NCBI GenBank assembly: GCA_015064685.1
Contig: SVRT01000007.1
Location: 5,361 to 69,360 of the forward strand
Length of the DNA stretch: 64,000 nucleotides
Reading direction: 5' to 3'
Source: Oscillospiraceae bacterium
Lineage (GTDB): Bacteria; Bacillota; Clostridia; Oscillospirales; CAG-272
The translations under genes were made by a program, and so were the position numbers. Of the stretch, positions 34,866 through 44,307 are shown in pieces (the first letter of the stretch is position 1; the number at the start of each line of letters is the position of its first letter). The notes below the pieces were generated by a model that was not told the DNA's origin, did no database searches, and was given only the letters and a program-made list of their open reading frames with translations.

Positions 34866-36134
34866 ATGAAGGAAAGAGTTATTCAGTTTGGCGAGGGAGG
34901 TTTTCTTCGCGGATTTGCAGATTGGATGCTTCAAATAGCGAATGAAAAGAATGTTTTTGACGGCAAGGTCGTCGTTGTTCAGCCTATAGAAAAGGGTATG
35001 TGTGATATGCTCACGGCTCAGGGATGCGTTTATACTCACCTCTGCCGCGGAGCTGAGGGTGTTGACGTCAAAAGGATTGACGTGATCTCCCGTTGTGTAA
35101 AGCCATACGATGATTTCGACGGATATATAGCTCTTGCGCAGAATACCGATTTCCGATTCATTATATCAAATACTACCGAGGCGGGAATCGCGTTCGTTGA
35201 TACTGATAAGATAACAGACAGACCTGCAAGCTCTTTCCCGGGAAAGCTTACACAGCTTCTTAAAGCACGCTTTGATGCGGGACTTGACGGATTCGTTTTT
35301 CTTCCTTGCGAGCTTATTGATAAAAACGGAGAGAATCTTAAAAAATGCGTCCTTCAGTATGCAGACCTTTGGGAGCTTGGCGAGACGTTTAAGTCTTGGA
35401 TAGAGAATGAAAATATCTTCTGCAACACTCTTGTTGACCGTATTAATACGGGATATCCCAAGGAGGAGAAGATTGAGGTCGGATTTGACGATAAGATGAT
35501 TAATACAAGTGAGTATTTCCATCTTTGGGTCATTGAGGGATATAAAGGTCTTTTTGAGGAGATTCCATTTGATAAGTGCGGACTCAATGTGATACTCACA
35601 GATAATCTCGAGATGTACCGCACAAGGAAGGTGCGCATACTCAACGGCGCGCATACGTCATTCGTGCCTTACGCTCTGCTTTCGGGCTTTGATACCGTAA
35701 AGAGCTGCATCGATGATGAAAATATGCTTTCATACATCAAAAAATGCGTATATGAGGAGATCATTCCTACGCTTGATCTGCCCCGCGATGAGCTTATCGA
35801 ATATGCTAATAACGTTATTACGCGTTTCTCAAATCCCTATATAAGACATATGCTTATTTCGATCGCGCTCAACAGCGTAAGTAAATTCAAGGTGCGAGTG
35901 CTTCCGTCGATCCTTGAGTATATCAAGAGATTTGATAAAATGCCAAATACGCTCTTATTCTCCTTTGCAAAGCTTATCGATTTCTATATGACCGACATGA
36001 CGAACGATGATCCGTCTGTTACTGCATTTATGAAATCCGCCACGGTCGGGGAGATACTTGCTAATGAAAAGCTATGGGGAGAGGATCTCTCTTTCCTTGA
36101 AAAAGAGGTAGCAAAGTATGTTGTTAATAAATAA
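34866..36134 (+). CDS. uxaB: tagaturonate reductase (altronate oxidoreductase), mannitol dehydrogenase family
   Basis: Starts MKERVIQFGEGGFLRGFADWM (typical UxaB N-terminus); RILNGAHT block. The upstream part of the 478-aa ORF is AT-rich promoter sequence. GGAGG RBS before ATG 34866. Confidence 0.8.
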   Translation: MKERVIQFGEGGFLRGFADWMLQIANEKNVFDGKVVVVQPIEKGMCDMLTAQGCVYTHLCRGAEGVDVKRIDVISRCVKPYDDFDGYIALAQNTDFRFIISNTTEAGIAFVDTDKITDRPASSFPGKLTQLLKARFDAGLDGFVFLPCELIDKNGENLKKCVLQYADLWELGETFKSWIENENIFCNTLVDRINTGYPKEEKIEVGFDDKMINTSEYFHLWVIEGYKGLFEEIPFDKCGLNVILTDNLEMYRTRKVRILNGAHTSFVPYALLSGFDTVKSCIDDENMLSYIKKCVYEEIIPTLDLPRDELIEYANNVITRFSNPYIRHMLISIALNSVSKFKVRVLPSILEYIKRFDKMPNTLLFSFAKLIDFYMTDMTNDDPSVTAFMKSATVGEILANEKLWGEDLSFLEKEVAKYVVNK

Positions 36135-37491
36135 GCTCGATAACGTCGAGGTTAATATCGACGACGGGCATAAGTATGCGAGAAGAGACATCGCGTGTGG
36201 AGAAAAAATAATAAAATACGGTCAGCCTATCGGACATGCGACCGCTGATATCAAAAAAGGCGAGCACGTCCATACACATAACGTAAAGACGAATCTTTCG
36301 GGCAAGATTGAATATAAATATGTCCCAAGCGAGGTATACGGCGATAGAGTGGATACCGATCTCACTTTTATGGGCTACGTCCGAAAAAACGGTGACGTAG
36401 GTATAAGAAACGATATCTGGATCGTCAATACGGTAGGATGTGTGAATAAGGTTGCAGAAAAGCTCGCCACCCTCACAGGTGCAAAAGCTTTTTCTCACCC
36501 GTTTGGATGCTCACAGCTCGGTGATGATCAAACTACAACGCAAGCAATATTGCGCGGCATGGTCAATCATCCAAACGCGGGTGGAGTGCTTGTTTTGGGA
36601 CTTGGATGCGAGAATAATAACCTTGAAGTGTTTAAAAAGTTCCTCGGCGAATGGGACGGCGAACGCGTAAGATTTCTCAATACACAGGATTTTGACGATG
36701 ATATCGCCGAGGGTGTTCGCCTGATAAATGAGTTGAAGGAATATGCTTCAAGCTTCAAGCGTGAGCCTGTACATATCTCAAAGCTGCGCGTTGGTCTTAA
36801 ATGCGGCGGAAGTGATGGCTTCTCGGGAATTACGGCAAACCCATTAGTTGGTAGATTCTGCGATAAGCTTGTATCCTTTGGCGGCTCTTGTGCCTTGACA
36901 GAGGTCCCCGAAATGTTTGGAGCAGAGCATCTTCTTATGAACCGTTGCGTAGATGAAGCGACGTTTAATAAGACAGTCTCACTTATAAATGATTTCAAGG
37001 ATTATTACACACGGTATAATCAGGTTATATACGAAAACCCCTCTCCCGGAAACAAAAAGGGAGGAATTACTACACTTGAGGAAAAATCCCTCGGCTGCGT
37101 TCAAAAGGGCGGACTGTCTCCCGTTGTTGACGTTCTGTCATACGGTGACAGAATCGAGAAGAACGGTCTTTCGCTTCTGAACGGTCCAGGAAACGATATA
37201 GTCGCCTGCACAAATCTTATGGCCGCCGGAGTTCACCTGATACTCTTTACAACGGGTCGCGGTACACCTCTCGGAACTGCCGTACCGACGGTTAAGATAG
37301 CGACTAATCACTCGCTTGCAGAAAGAAAGAGCAATTGGATAGACTTTGACGCCTCTCCAATGCTTGACGGAGTTGATCCCACAGATGATCTTTTGTCGTA
37401 CGTTCTTCGGGTAGCCGACGGAGAGCAAACGAAAAACGAAATTAACGGTTACGAAGAAATATCAATATTTAAGGACGGTGTTACGCTATGA
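36118..37491 (+). CDS. uxaA: altronate dehydratase (UxaA family, SAF domain + dehydratase domain)
   Basis: N-terminal SAF block DNVEV...IACGEKIIKYGQPIGHATADIKKGEHVHTHN; GCENN, LKCGGSDGFSGITANP and FTTGRGTP blocks. Overlaps the uxaB stop by 17 nt. Confidence 0.8.
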   Translation: MLLINKLDNVEVNIDDGHKYARRDIACGEKIIKYGQPIGHATADIKKGEHVHTHNVKTNLSGKIEYKYVPSEVYGDRVDTDLTFMGYVRKNGDVGIRNDIWIVNTVGCVNKVAEKLATLTGAKAFSHPFGCSQLGDDQTTTQAILRGMVNHPNAGGVLVLGLGCENNNLEVFKKFLGEWDGERVRFLNTQDFDDDIAEGVRLINELKEYASSFKREPVHISKLRVGLKCGGSDGFSGITANPLVGRFCDKLVSFGGSCALTEVPEMFGAEHLLMNRCVDEATFNKTVSLINDFKDYYTRYNQVIYENPSPGNKKGGITTLEEKSLGCVQKGGLSPVVDVLSYGDRIEKNGLSLLNGPGNDIVACTNLMAAGVHLILFTTGRGTPLGTAVPTVKIATNHSLAERKSNWIDFDASPMLDGVDPTDDLLSYVLRVADGEQTKNEINGYEEISIFKDGVTL

Positions 37492-38717
37492 GTTTTATAA
37501 CAAATGAGTTTATGCTAAAAAACAAGACCGCAGTTGAGCTTTACGAGCACGTAAAGGATCTTCCGATCATCGACTATCATTGCCATATCAGCCCCAAGAT
37601 GATCGCTGAAAACCACAAGTTCAAGAACGCCTACGAGCTCTTCCTCGGCGGAGACCACTACAAGTGGAGACAGATGAGAACTAACGGTGTTGACGAGAGA
37701 TACATTACAGGTGACGCTGATGATTATGATAAGTGGATGGAGTTTGCAAAAACTATGCCCATGCTTCTCGGCAATCCGCTCTATCATTGGACTCACCTTG
37801 AGCTTAAGAGATATTTTGACATCGACGAGACGCTCAACGAGAATACCGCAAAAGAGATTTGGGACAAGATAAATGCTTGCCTTGAAAAGGACGAGTACAG
37901 AGTGCAGGGGCTTATCAAGATGAGCAACGTTGAAACAATCTGCACTACCGACGCGCCCTACGATACACTTGAGTATCACAGACAGATAAAGGGAATCGCA
38001 GGCTTTGATACAAAGGTCGTTCCCGCATTCCGCCCCGATCTGACAAAGATAAACAGTGATTTTCCCGAGAGACTTGATTTCTTCCACGAGAACGGTTGCC
38101 GTCTATCCGACCACGCGGTCGATTCTATGGACGATGATACCATCGAGAAGCTCGTATATCTCGGCGAGGAATACGCAAAGAGAGGCTGGGTATGGCAGCT
38201 CCATATCGGTGCGCTCAGAAATAATAACACAAGAATGTTCGAAAAGCTTGGACCCGATACAGGCTTTGACAGTGTAAACGATTTTCAGATTGCTGAGGGA
38301 CTTTCCAAGATCCTTGACAGCCTTGATAAAAAGGATATGCTTCCCAAGACCATTCTTTACACGCTCAATCCCAAGGATAACTATGTCCTCGGCACTATGC
38401 TCGGTAACTTCCAGGGCGGCGGTGTCAAAGGTAAGATCCAGTTCGGCTCGGGCTGGTGGTTTAACGACCAGAGAGACGGTATGGAGAGCCAAATGAGAGC
38501 ACTTGCAAATCTCGGTATGCTCTCGCGCTTCGTGGGTATGCTTACCGACAGCCGTAGCTTCGTTTCCTACACCAGACACGAATATTTCCGCCGAATACTC
38601 TGCAACCTTACAGGAAAGTGGGTAGAGGACGGAGAATATCCTCGCGATATGGAAACTCTCAAAAAGATTGCTGAGGGAATCTGCTATTACAACGCTAAAA
38701 ATTACTTCGATTTCTGA
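37488..38717 (+). CDS. uxaC: glucuronate isomerase
   Basis: LPIIDYHCH...GDHYKWR.MR.NGV...GNPLYHWTHLELKRYF...LHIGALRNNN...GSGWWFND is the UxaC signature. ATGA overlap with uxaA. About 409 aa, shorter than the ~465 aa I recall for enteric UxaC. Confidence 0.85.
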   Translation: MSFITNEFMLKNKTAVELYEHVKDLPIIDYHCHISPKMIAENHKFKNAYELFLGGDHYKWRQMRTNGVDERYITGDADDYDKWMEFAKTMPMLLGNPLYHWTHLELKRYFDIDETLNENTAKEIWDKINACLEKDEYRVQGLIKMSNVETICTTDAPYDTLEYHRQIKGIAGFDTKVVPAFRPDLTKINSDFPERLDFFHENGCRLSDHAVDSMDDDTIEKLVYLGEEYAKRGWVWQLHIGALRNNNTRMFEKLGPDTGFDSVNDFQIAEGLSKILDSLDKKDMLPKTILYTLNPKDNYVLGTMLGNFQGGGVKGKIQFGSGWWFNDQRDGMESQMRALANLGMLSRFVGMLTDSRSFVSYTRHEYFRRILCNLTGKWVEDGEYPRDMETLKKIAEGICYYNAKNYFDF

Positions 38718-38746
38718 TAAACCGGATTCCCGGAAAGGAGAAATAA

Positions 38747-41497
38747 ATGAATTACATCTCGTTTTTACTCAACGGTTCCTGGTATATGGACTATAGTACC
38801 GAGAAGTATCTTGGAGAAGAAAATCCCTGGTCGAAAGAGGAGAATCTTATTGATAATGCAGTTCCTGGGTATTGGGAGGATATGACTGGTGCGTTTGCAT
38901 GTGCAAGCTTTTATCCAAGGCTCAGAATGAATCCCGAATACGGAATCCAGCAATATCCTATGACGGCTCTTCCTCCGGATATGGCGCTTCCAAACGTTAT
39001 AGGTAACTTCTTTTATAAAAGAATCTTTAACTGCGAAAATATCACAGGTCCCTGTTCGCTTCATTTTGTTGGAGTTCAAAATGCGGTTTCGGTTTGGATA
39101 AACGATGAATATCTCGGCAGACACGAGGGGTATAGCGCACCGTTTGATTTTGATATTCCCGATGGACTTATTCATGACGGTGAGAATACTATCGTTCTAT
39201 CCGTCTCTAACCACCGACTTGAAGGCTTTAACGGTCAACCCGTATCGGGTCTTACCTCAAGAGCTGCAAACGAGGGTACGGGAGGAATCACCGGAGACGT
39301 TGAGCTTCGAGTTTATACCTGTCCTTTGAGAAATGTATCTGTTATCATATCGGAGGATTGCAGAGAAGCATATGCGAGCGTTGAAGCAACCTCTGAATGT
39401 GAGTTGAATTGGCATGTTCTTGATGGAGAGCGAATTGTCAAACTGGGAAGCGCAAAAGGAGATTTTGCAATTGATACCGAAGGGCTCGAGCTTTGGAGTC
39501 CCGAAAGTCCGAAGCTATATACACTTGTCGTAGAGTGTGAGGGTGGTAGCATAGAGCATCGATTCGGCGTGCGGAGACTGATTTCAAGGGACGTACACTT
39601 GGAGTTTAACGGAAAGCCGTATTATTTGCGCGGTATATGCGAGCATTGCTATTTTCCGATAACTGTCCATCCCAATCACGATCTTAATTTCTACCGTGAC
39701 GTGATCAGAAAGCTAAAAATGCTCGGATTTAATTTCATTCGTTGCCACACCTTTGTACCCGACGAGGAGTATCTTCAGGCAGCAGACGAGCTCGGTATTC
39801 TGTTCGAGATCGAAAGCCCAAATAATACAAGCTTTGACGAGTGGAAATATATCGTTGACTTAGGTCGCAGGCATACTTCTGTCGTAATGTATTCCTGCGG
39901 TAACGAGGTTTATATTCACGACGAGTATCTTGAGCATATGAGGAAGATAGCGAATGACATCCATGCAAGAACAGATTCGTTATTCTCTCCGATGAGCGCG
40001 CTTCGCGGCTTTGAGTATGCCTTCCGTTCTGAGGATGAAAAGGATATGCTTCTTAAGCCATTCAGACATAATCCGCGCCGTTTCAATATTGCAAAGGAGT
40101 TTGTTGACGTTTATAACAGCTACACGCTCAACAGAAACAGCTACGCGTCCTTAAATTGCGATCCCGACGAGGTTGATAGCTGGAGCGACGTTTACGGAAA
40201 ACCTCGACTCGCTCACGAGATCTGTATAAGCGGAACCTTTACCGACCTTTCTCTAAAGGATAGATACAAAAACACACGAATAGGAAAAACAGATATGTTT
40301 TCCTCACTTGAAAGACACCTCTCCGATGCAGGTGTAATTGACAGAGTTCCTCTCTATTTCAAGAATTCATCCGAGTGGCAGAGGAGAGTCAGAAAATACT
40401 GCTTTGAGACTACGCGAACAAGTAAAAAGCTTGCAGGATACGATTTTCTCGGACCTATAGATACGCATTGGCATACCTTTGGTTATGATGTTGGTATGAT
40501 GAACGAATTCTACGAGCTCAAGCCGGGTGAGACGGTGCGTAACGTACTGATGTATAACTCGCCTTCAATACTTGTAACAGATCTTGGTCTTAACGTCAAT
40601 TTCGAGTGCGGAAGCCGTGTTGCTTTTAAGATCTCCTGTGCTCATTATGAGGATGACGATCTCTTTGATGCAACACTTAACGTAAAGCTGATGGAGGACG
40701 GCAAGGTATTAGAGCGTAAAGTCTTCAATATCGACAGGGTAATTTGCGGTGAGGTTCAGAAGCTTGCAGATTGTTATTTCGATCTTCCCGTATCCGATAA
40801 GCCCCATGCGTATAAGATATATGCAACGCTTGACGGTGGAGCGACGTTTGTTGAGAACGAGTGGGAGATCTACTCCTTCCCGAAGACAGAGCTTTGTGAA
40901 TTGAATGAAAATGCAGAGATTATTAATGGCGATACAAGTCTGGAAGAAATTAAGACCTGTCTTAGATCCGGTAAGGATGTAATTCTGATTGGCGAAAAGA
41001 CTCCGTTCGTTACAAATACGACTCAGTTCCAGATCGCTCTTGCGGGTCGAACGTCGGGAAATCTAGCAACCGTAATTAATGATCATCCGATAACACGCGA
41101 CCTTCCTCATGAAGGGTTCTGCTCCTGGCAATTCCGTCAGCTTATCGAGCAGGGAAGCGCAGTATGCTTTGCGGATAACAAGATGGAGTTTGATCCCATT
41201 ATTGAGATAGTTGCGGCTCATAAGTGCTTTGTCAAGCAGGCCGCAATGCTCGAATTCAAGGCGCTTGGAGGAAGGGTGTTCATTTCCTCGTTTGCATTCA
41301 AGGATACAGATCCTGCAGCAAGCTGGCTTAAGAACCGTATACTTGAGTACGTTAACAGTGATGAGTTTGAGCCCAAGATCGAATATTCCGAGACAGAGCT
41401 TGAAAGCTTTGTCTACGGAAAGATCGCAAAGGCAGAGGCTAATACTAACTTCGCGATCAATCCCAACGACAAAACGTCTGTGATGATCAAAAAATAA
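38747..41497 (+). CDS. glycoside hydrolase family 2-like protein (sugar-binding, Ig-like and TIM-barrel domains plus a long C-terminal extension), cytoplasmic
   Basis: 916 aa. GH2 N-terminal block LHFVGVQNAVSVWINDEYLGRHEGYSAPFDFDI..G.NTIVLSVSN. TIM barrel FNGKPYYLRGICEH...GFNFIRCHTFVPDEEYLQAADELGILFEIE with candidate acid/base YSCGNE. About 400 further residues are unassigned. Confidence 0.7.
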   Translation: MNYISFLLNGSWYMDYSTEKYLGEENPWSKEENLIDNAVPGYWEDMTGAFACASFYPRLRMNPEYGIQQYPMTALPPDMALPNVIGNFFYKRIFNCENITGPCSLHFVGVQNAVSVWINDEYLGRHEGYSAPFDFDIPDGLIHDGENTIVLSVSNHRLEGFNGQPVSGLTSRAANEGTGGITGDVELRVYTCPLRNVSVIISEDCREAYASVEATSECELNWHVLDGERIVKLGSAKGDFAIDTEGLELWSPESPKLYTLVVECEGGSIEHRFGVRRLISRDVHLEFNGKPYYLRGICEHCYFPITVHPNHDLNFYRDVIRKLKMLGFNFIRCHTFVPDEEYLQAADELGILFEIESPNNTSFDEWKYIVDLGRRHTSVVMYSCGNEVYIHDEYLEHMRKIANDIHARTDSLFSPMSALRGFEYAFRSEDEKDMLLKPFRHNPRRFNIAKEFVDVYNSYTLNRNSYASLNCDPDEVDSWSDVYGKPRLAHEICISGTFTDLSLKDRYKNTRIGKTDMFSSLERHLSDAGVIDRVPLYFKNSSEWQRRVRKYCFETTRTSKKLAGYDFLGPIDTHWHTFGYDVGMMNEFYELKPGETVRNVLMYNSPSILVTDLGLNVNFECGSRVAFKISCAHYEDDDLFDATLNVKLMEDGKVLERKVFNIDRVICGEVQKLADCYFDLPVSDKPHAYKIYATLDGGATFVENEWEIYSFPKTELCELNENAEIINGDTSLEEIKTCLRSGKDVILIGEKTPFVTNTTQFQIALAGRTSGNLATVINDHPITRDLPHEGFCSWQFRQLIEQGSAVCFADNKMEFDPIIEIVAAHKCFVKQAAMLEFKALGGRVFISSFAFKDTDPAASWLKNRILEYVNSDEFEPKIEYSETELESFVYGKIAKAEANTNFAINPNDKTSVMIKK

Positions 41498-41504
41498 AAA
41501 TATG

Positions 41505-41542
41505 ACCCGAGGGAACAGAATTCCCTCGGGTTCTCTTTTTTT
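41505..41542 (+). terminator. intrinsic terminator ending the hexuronate/GH2 operon
   Basis: CCCGAGGGAA-CAGAA-TTCCCTCGGG followed by TTCTCTTTTTTT. Confidence 0.8.
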
Positions 41543-41628
41543 CAGTAACATATACTCTTATTCGACATAAAATAGTATTGAGAAAGCTATTCTGCTTTCT
41601 ATAAAACAAACATATGGGGGAAATATTT

Positions 41629-42459
41629 ATGCAGGATAACAGATTTGCGTGCGGCATGGGCGTGGGCAAGGAAACTGTGTGTATAGAAACCAACAGAATA
41701 CTTGACTCGTGCAGAGACCGTGACTGTTATGAAAACGTAAGAGTCTTTCTGACAGAATGCGGAAAGGAAATTGTTGAGCACACAAGTGCGGTAAGAGTTA
41801 AGAGCGCATGTATCAAGCAGGCTAATATCGTGCTTGATCCGGTTCAGTTCAACAGAGGATTTTATTCAATAAACATCAGATTCTATATTAAGCTGACGTT
41901 TGAAGCATGTGTAGGTAACGGACGCTCTCAGGAGTTCGACGGTGTTGCGGTGCTTGAAAAGAGGGTTATTCTCTACGGTGGAGAATGTAATGCTAACGTC
42001 TTCCGCAGCAGCGGAGATTTTTCGGATTTCTGCGCATATCCCGAGCCCTGTAAGAAAGAGATGAATCTTCCAACGGCGGTAGTTGAGACGGTAGAGCCTA
42101 TCGTTCTTGGTGTCAACGTTCTTGAGAACGTCAATGAATGCTGCTGTTGCTGCTGCGCGTGTGATATACCCGAGTCGGTAGTAGCATCGCTTAACGGTGA
42201 TCTTCCTTACGGTGATGATGACAGAAGATATCTTGCGGTATCAATCGGTATCTTTTCAATCGTAAGGATAGTCAGACCTACACAGCTTGTTATAAACGCG
42301 TCTGAGTATGTCATTCCCGACAAGGAATGTATCTCTCCGTCAAACGACGACCCATGCAGTGTATTCCGTTCCATGGCATTTCCTGTTTCCGAATTTGGTT
42401 GCTCGATCGGGCATCCTCATAACGAAAAGGGAAGCGGAAAATGCGGTTGCGGAAGCTGA
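41629..42459 (+). CDS. cysteine-rich hypothetical protein (about 22 Cys in 276 aa, contains CCCCCCAC)
   Basis: A monocistronic unit between two strong terminators. ATG 41629 lies 7 nt after GGGGGA (alternative ATG 41614). No signal peptide or TM segment. The N-terminal motif is VCIETNRILDSCRDRDCYENVRV and the tail is KGSGKCGCGS. Confidence 0.7.
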   Translation: MQDNRFACGMGVGKETVCIETNRILDSCRDRDCYENVRVFLTECGKEIVEHTSAVRVKSACIKQANIVLDPVQFNRGFYSINIRFYIKLTFEACVGNGRSQEFDGVAVLEKRVILYGGECNANVFRSSGDFSDFCAYPEPCKKEMNLPTAVVETVEPIVLGVNVLENVNECCCCCCACDIPESVVASLNGDLPYGDDDRRYLAVSIGIFSIVRIVRPTQLVINASEYVIPDKECISPSNDDPCSVFRSMAFPVSEFGCSIGHPHNEKGSGKCGCGS

Positions 42460-42461
42460 TA

Positions 42462-42502
42462 TAAAAAAAGGCGAAAGCGTATTACGCTTTCGCCTTTTTT
42501 TA
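42462..42502. terminator. bidirectional intrinsic terminator between the Cys-rich gene (+) and the thuA-like gene (-)
   Basis: AAAAAAA-GGCGAAAGCGT-ATT-ACGCTTTCGCC-TTTTTTT (12-bp stem). Confidence 0.85.
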
Positions 42503-43246
42503 GTTATTGAATTCGTCTGTGACCTTTGTCAGAATCTGCGGAGCGCCGTTCGGTATTTCATATCCGAAGTCTGCGGGCTTTGCCCACTGAATGGCGTTTT
42601 TGATGATTCTTTGAATATAGGGATTATAGTACGCCTTACAATATTCGTGACCGGGCTGAAGGTAGAAGATCTTGCCGGCTCCGCGCAAGAAGCAGCATCC
42701 GCTACGGAAGATAAATCCATCCTCGTACCAGCCTCCGAATACAAGTGCGTCGGGCTGAGGAATATAAAAGGGCTCGGCATATAATTCTTCTGATTCAAGG
42801 GTGAAATGGTCGGGAATTCCTGCCGCGATAGGATGTGCAGGCATAAGATTCCAGATTACCTCCTTCTGATCGCGTCCCCAAGAAAGATTTCCGGTCGCAC
42901 CGACTACGGATTTGAATACCTTGGAGTGATGCCCCGAGTGGAGAACTATAAGTCCCATTTTTCCTGCGTATACGCGCTGGCGGATCTTTTCAACAAGTAC
43001 ATCGTCTACCTCTCCGTGTGCCATGTGTCCCCACCAGAAGAGTACGTCTGTCTGTTCAAGCAATTCGTCTGTAATTCCCTGATCAGGATCGTCTAGCGCA
43101 GCGAGTGTGACGTTGAGGTTTTCATCCTCTTTGAGAAAATCTTTGATAAAAGCATGTATACCGTTGGGATATAGAGCAGTCACAACGGGATCAATCTTTT
43201 CATGTCTGAATTCATTCCAAATAACAATATTCAATTTCTTTGACAT
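42500..43246 (-). CDS. ThuA (trehalose utilization)-domain protein, class I glutamine amidotransferase-like fold
   Basis: 248 aa. IVIWNEFRHEK...YPNGIH...DVLFWWGHMAHGEV...GLIVLHSGHHSK...QPGHE pattern typical of ThuA-like proteins. Confidence 0.75.
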   Translation of the reverse strand: MSKKLNIVIWNEFRHEKIDPVVTALYPNGIHAFIKDFLKEDENLNVTLAALDDPDQGITDELLEQTDVLFWWGHMAHGEVDDVLVEKIRQRVYAGKMGLIVLHSGHHSKVFKSVVGATGNLSWGRDQKEVIWNLMPAHPIAAGIPDHFTLESEELYAEPFYIPQPDALVFGGWYEDGFIFRSGCCFLRGAGKIFYLQPGHEYCKAYYNPYIQRIIKNAIQWAKPADFGYEIPNGAPQILTKVTDEFNN

Positions 43247-43343
43247 ATAGACCTCCTAAAAATGGATTATAAAATCATTATAAGATATTTTTTCCGATTC
43301 TTCAAGACATATCAGTAATTTTTCAGGACATTTCTTGCTAAGA

Positions 43344-44087
43344 TTACAAGCCGGAAAAATCTCTGTATTTTAGAGGGGAATATCCGGTCCTTTTTTTAAA
43401 GATCCTGGAAAAATAATTGGCATCGTCAAATCCGACCGCGGTTGCAATTCTCGCGCATGACATCGAGCTTTCGGATAGGAGCTTTTTTGCAGCGTTGACA
43501 CGAACGTCAATCAGATAATTAATAATTGATTTTCCGGTGGTCTTCTTGAACTCGTTTTCGCAGTAAGCTGCGGAGTAAAACGTCGCCTGACTTATATCGT
43601 TAAGTGTGATCTTTTCGGTATAATGGCTTGAAATAAATGATATTATTTCTGCAGAGAGAGGAGATGTGTAGCTGTCGTGAAGATTGTCCGTGATCTGCAT
43701 AATAATAGTTTCAAGTGTAAGCCTCAGTTTTGCTTGAAGGTCTGTGGACGGTGAGGAGAAGGCAGTCTCAAAATAATTGAGGAGCAGCTTGAGCTCGTTG
43801 TTTATGCAATTTTTGATAATGGTATCAAAATCCAGTGGGGAATCTGCATGAAAATTGATGCTTAGATAGTCGTTTAATACGTCACCGATCTCTCTTTTAC
43901 GAATGCTTCCCGGGGGGAGGTATATGATATCTCCGCTGGTCAAGATATGCTTTACGTCATTAACGTAGTAGGTCATCTCTCCCGAGATGAGAAAGGTGAG
44001 CTCGTTAAATTTTATCTCGTGACGCTCAATTTGCTTTTGTGTCGCAAATTTATTGTGTGAAAAATATGTAATTTCGCCAATCATGAC
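43344..44087 (-). CDS. AraC family transcriptional regulator, upstream of the thuA-like gene and divergent from the SDR/TIM/Gfo operon
   Basis: Start at MIGEITYFSH (ATG 44087). Cupin-like N-terminus (GDIIYLPPGSIR). C-terminal HTH_18 (LNDISQATFYSAAYCENEFKKTTG...CARIATAVGFDDANYFSRIFKKRTGYSPLKY). Confidence 0.85.
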   Translation of the reverse strand, partial: VMIGEITYFSHNKFATQKQIERHEIKFNELTFLISGEMTYYVNDVKHILTSGDIIYLPPGSIRKREIGDVLNDYLSINFHADSPLDFDTIIKNCINNELKLLLNYFETAFSSPSTDLQAKLRLTLETIIMQITDNLHDSYTSPLSAEIISFISSHYTEKITLNDISQATFYSAAYCENEFKKTTGKSIINYLIDVRVNAAKKLLSESSMSCARIATAVGFDDANYFSRIFKKRTGYSPLKYRDFSGL

Positions 44088-44148
44088 ACATTTTCTCCTT
44101 ATATCATAATATTGTGCTAAAATTATTTTAATTATTATCAATTGTCCA

Positions 44149-44205
44149 TTGAAATTGTATTAAAAAGTGCTATAATAATTATATCATGACAAATTGTGAT
44201 TGTCA
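44149..44205 (+). promoter_or_regulatory. candidate promoter and downstream inverted repeat for the SDR/TIM/Gfo operon
   Basis: TTGAAA (44149-44154), 16-nt spacer, TATAAT (44171-44176). The inverted repeat TGACAA-N7-TTGTCA (44187-44205) lies just downstream of the -10 box. Confidence 0.45.
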
Positions 44206-44307
44206 ACACTTTTTTATTGGTCTAAGTGAGTGAAAATAACCTGTGGTTTGGCAATATGATAAAAGTCAGAGCAAGAAAAAATTTTTTTTATAAAGGATGG
44301 TAACAAA

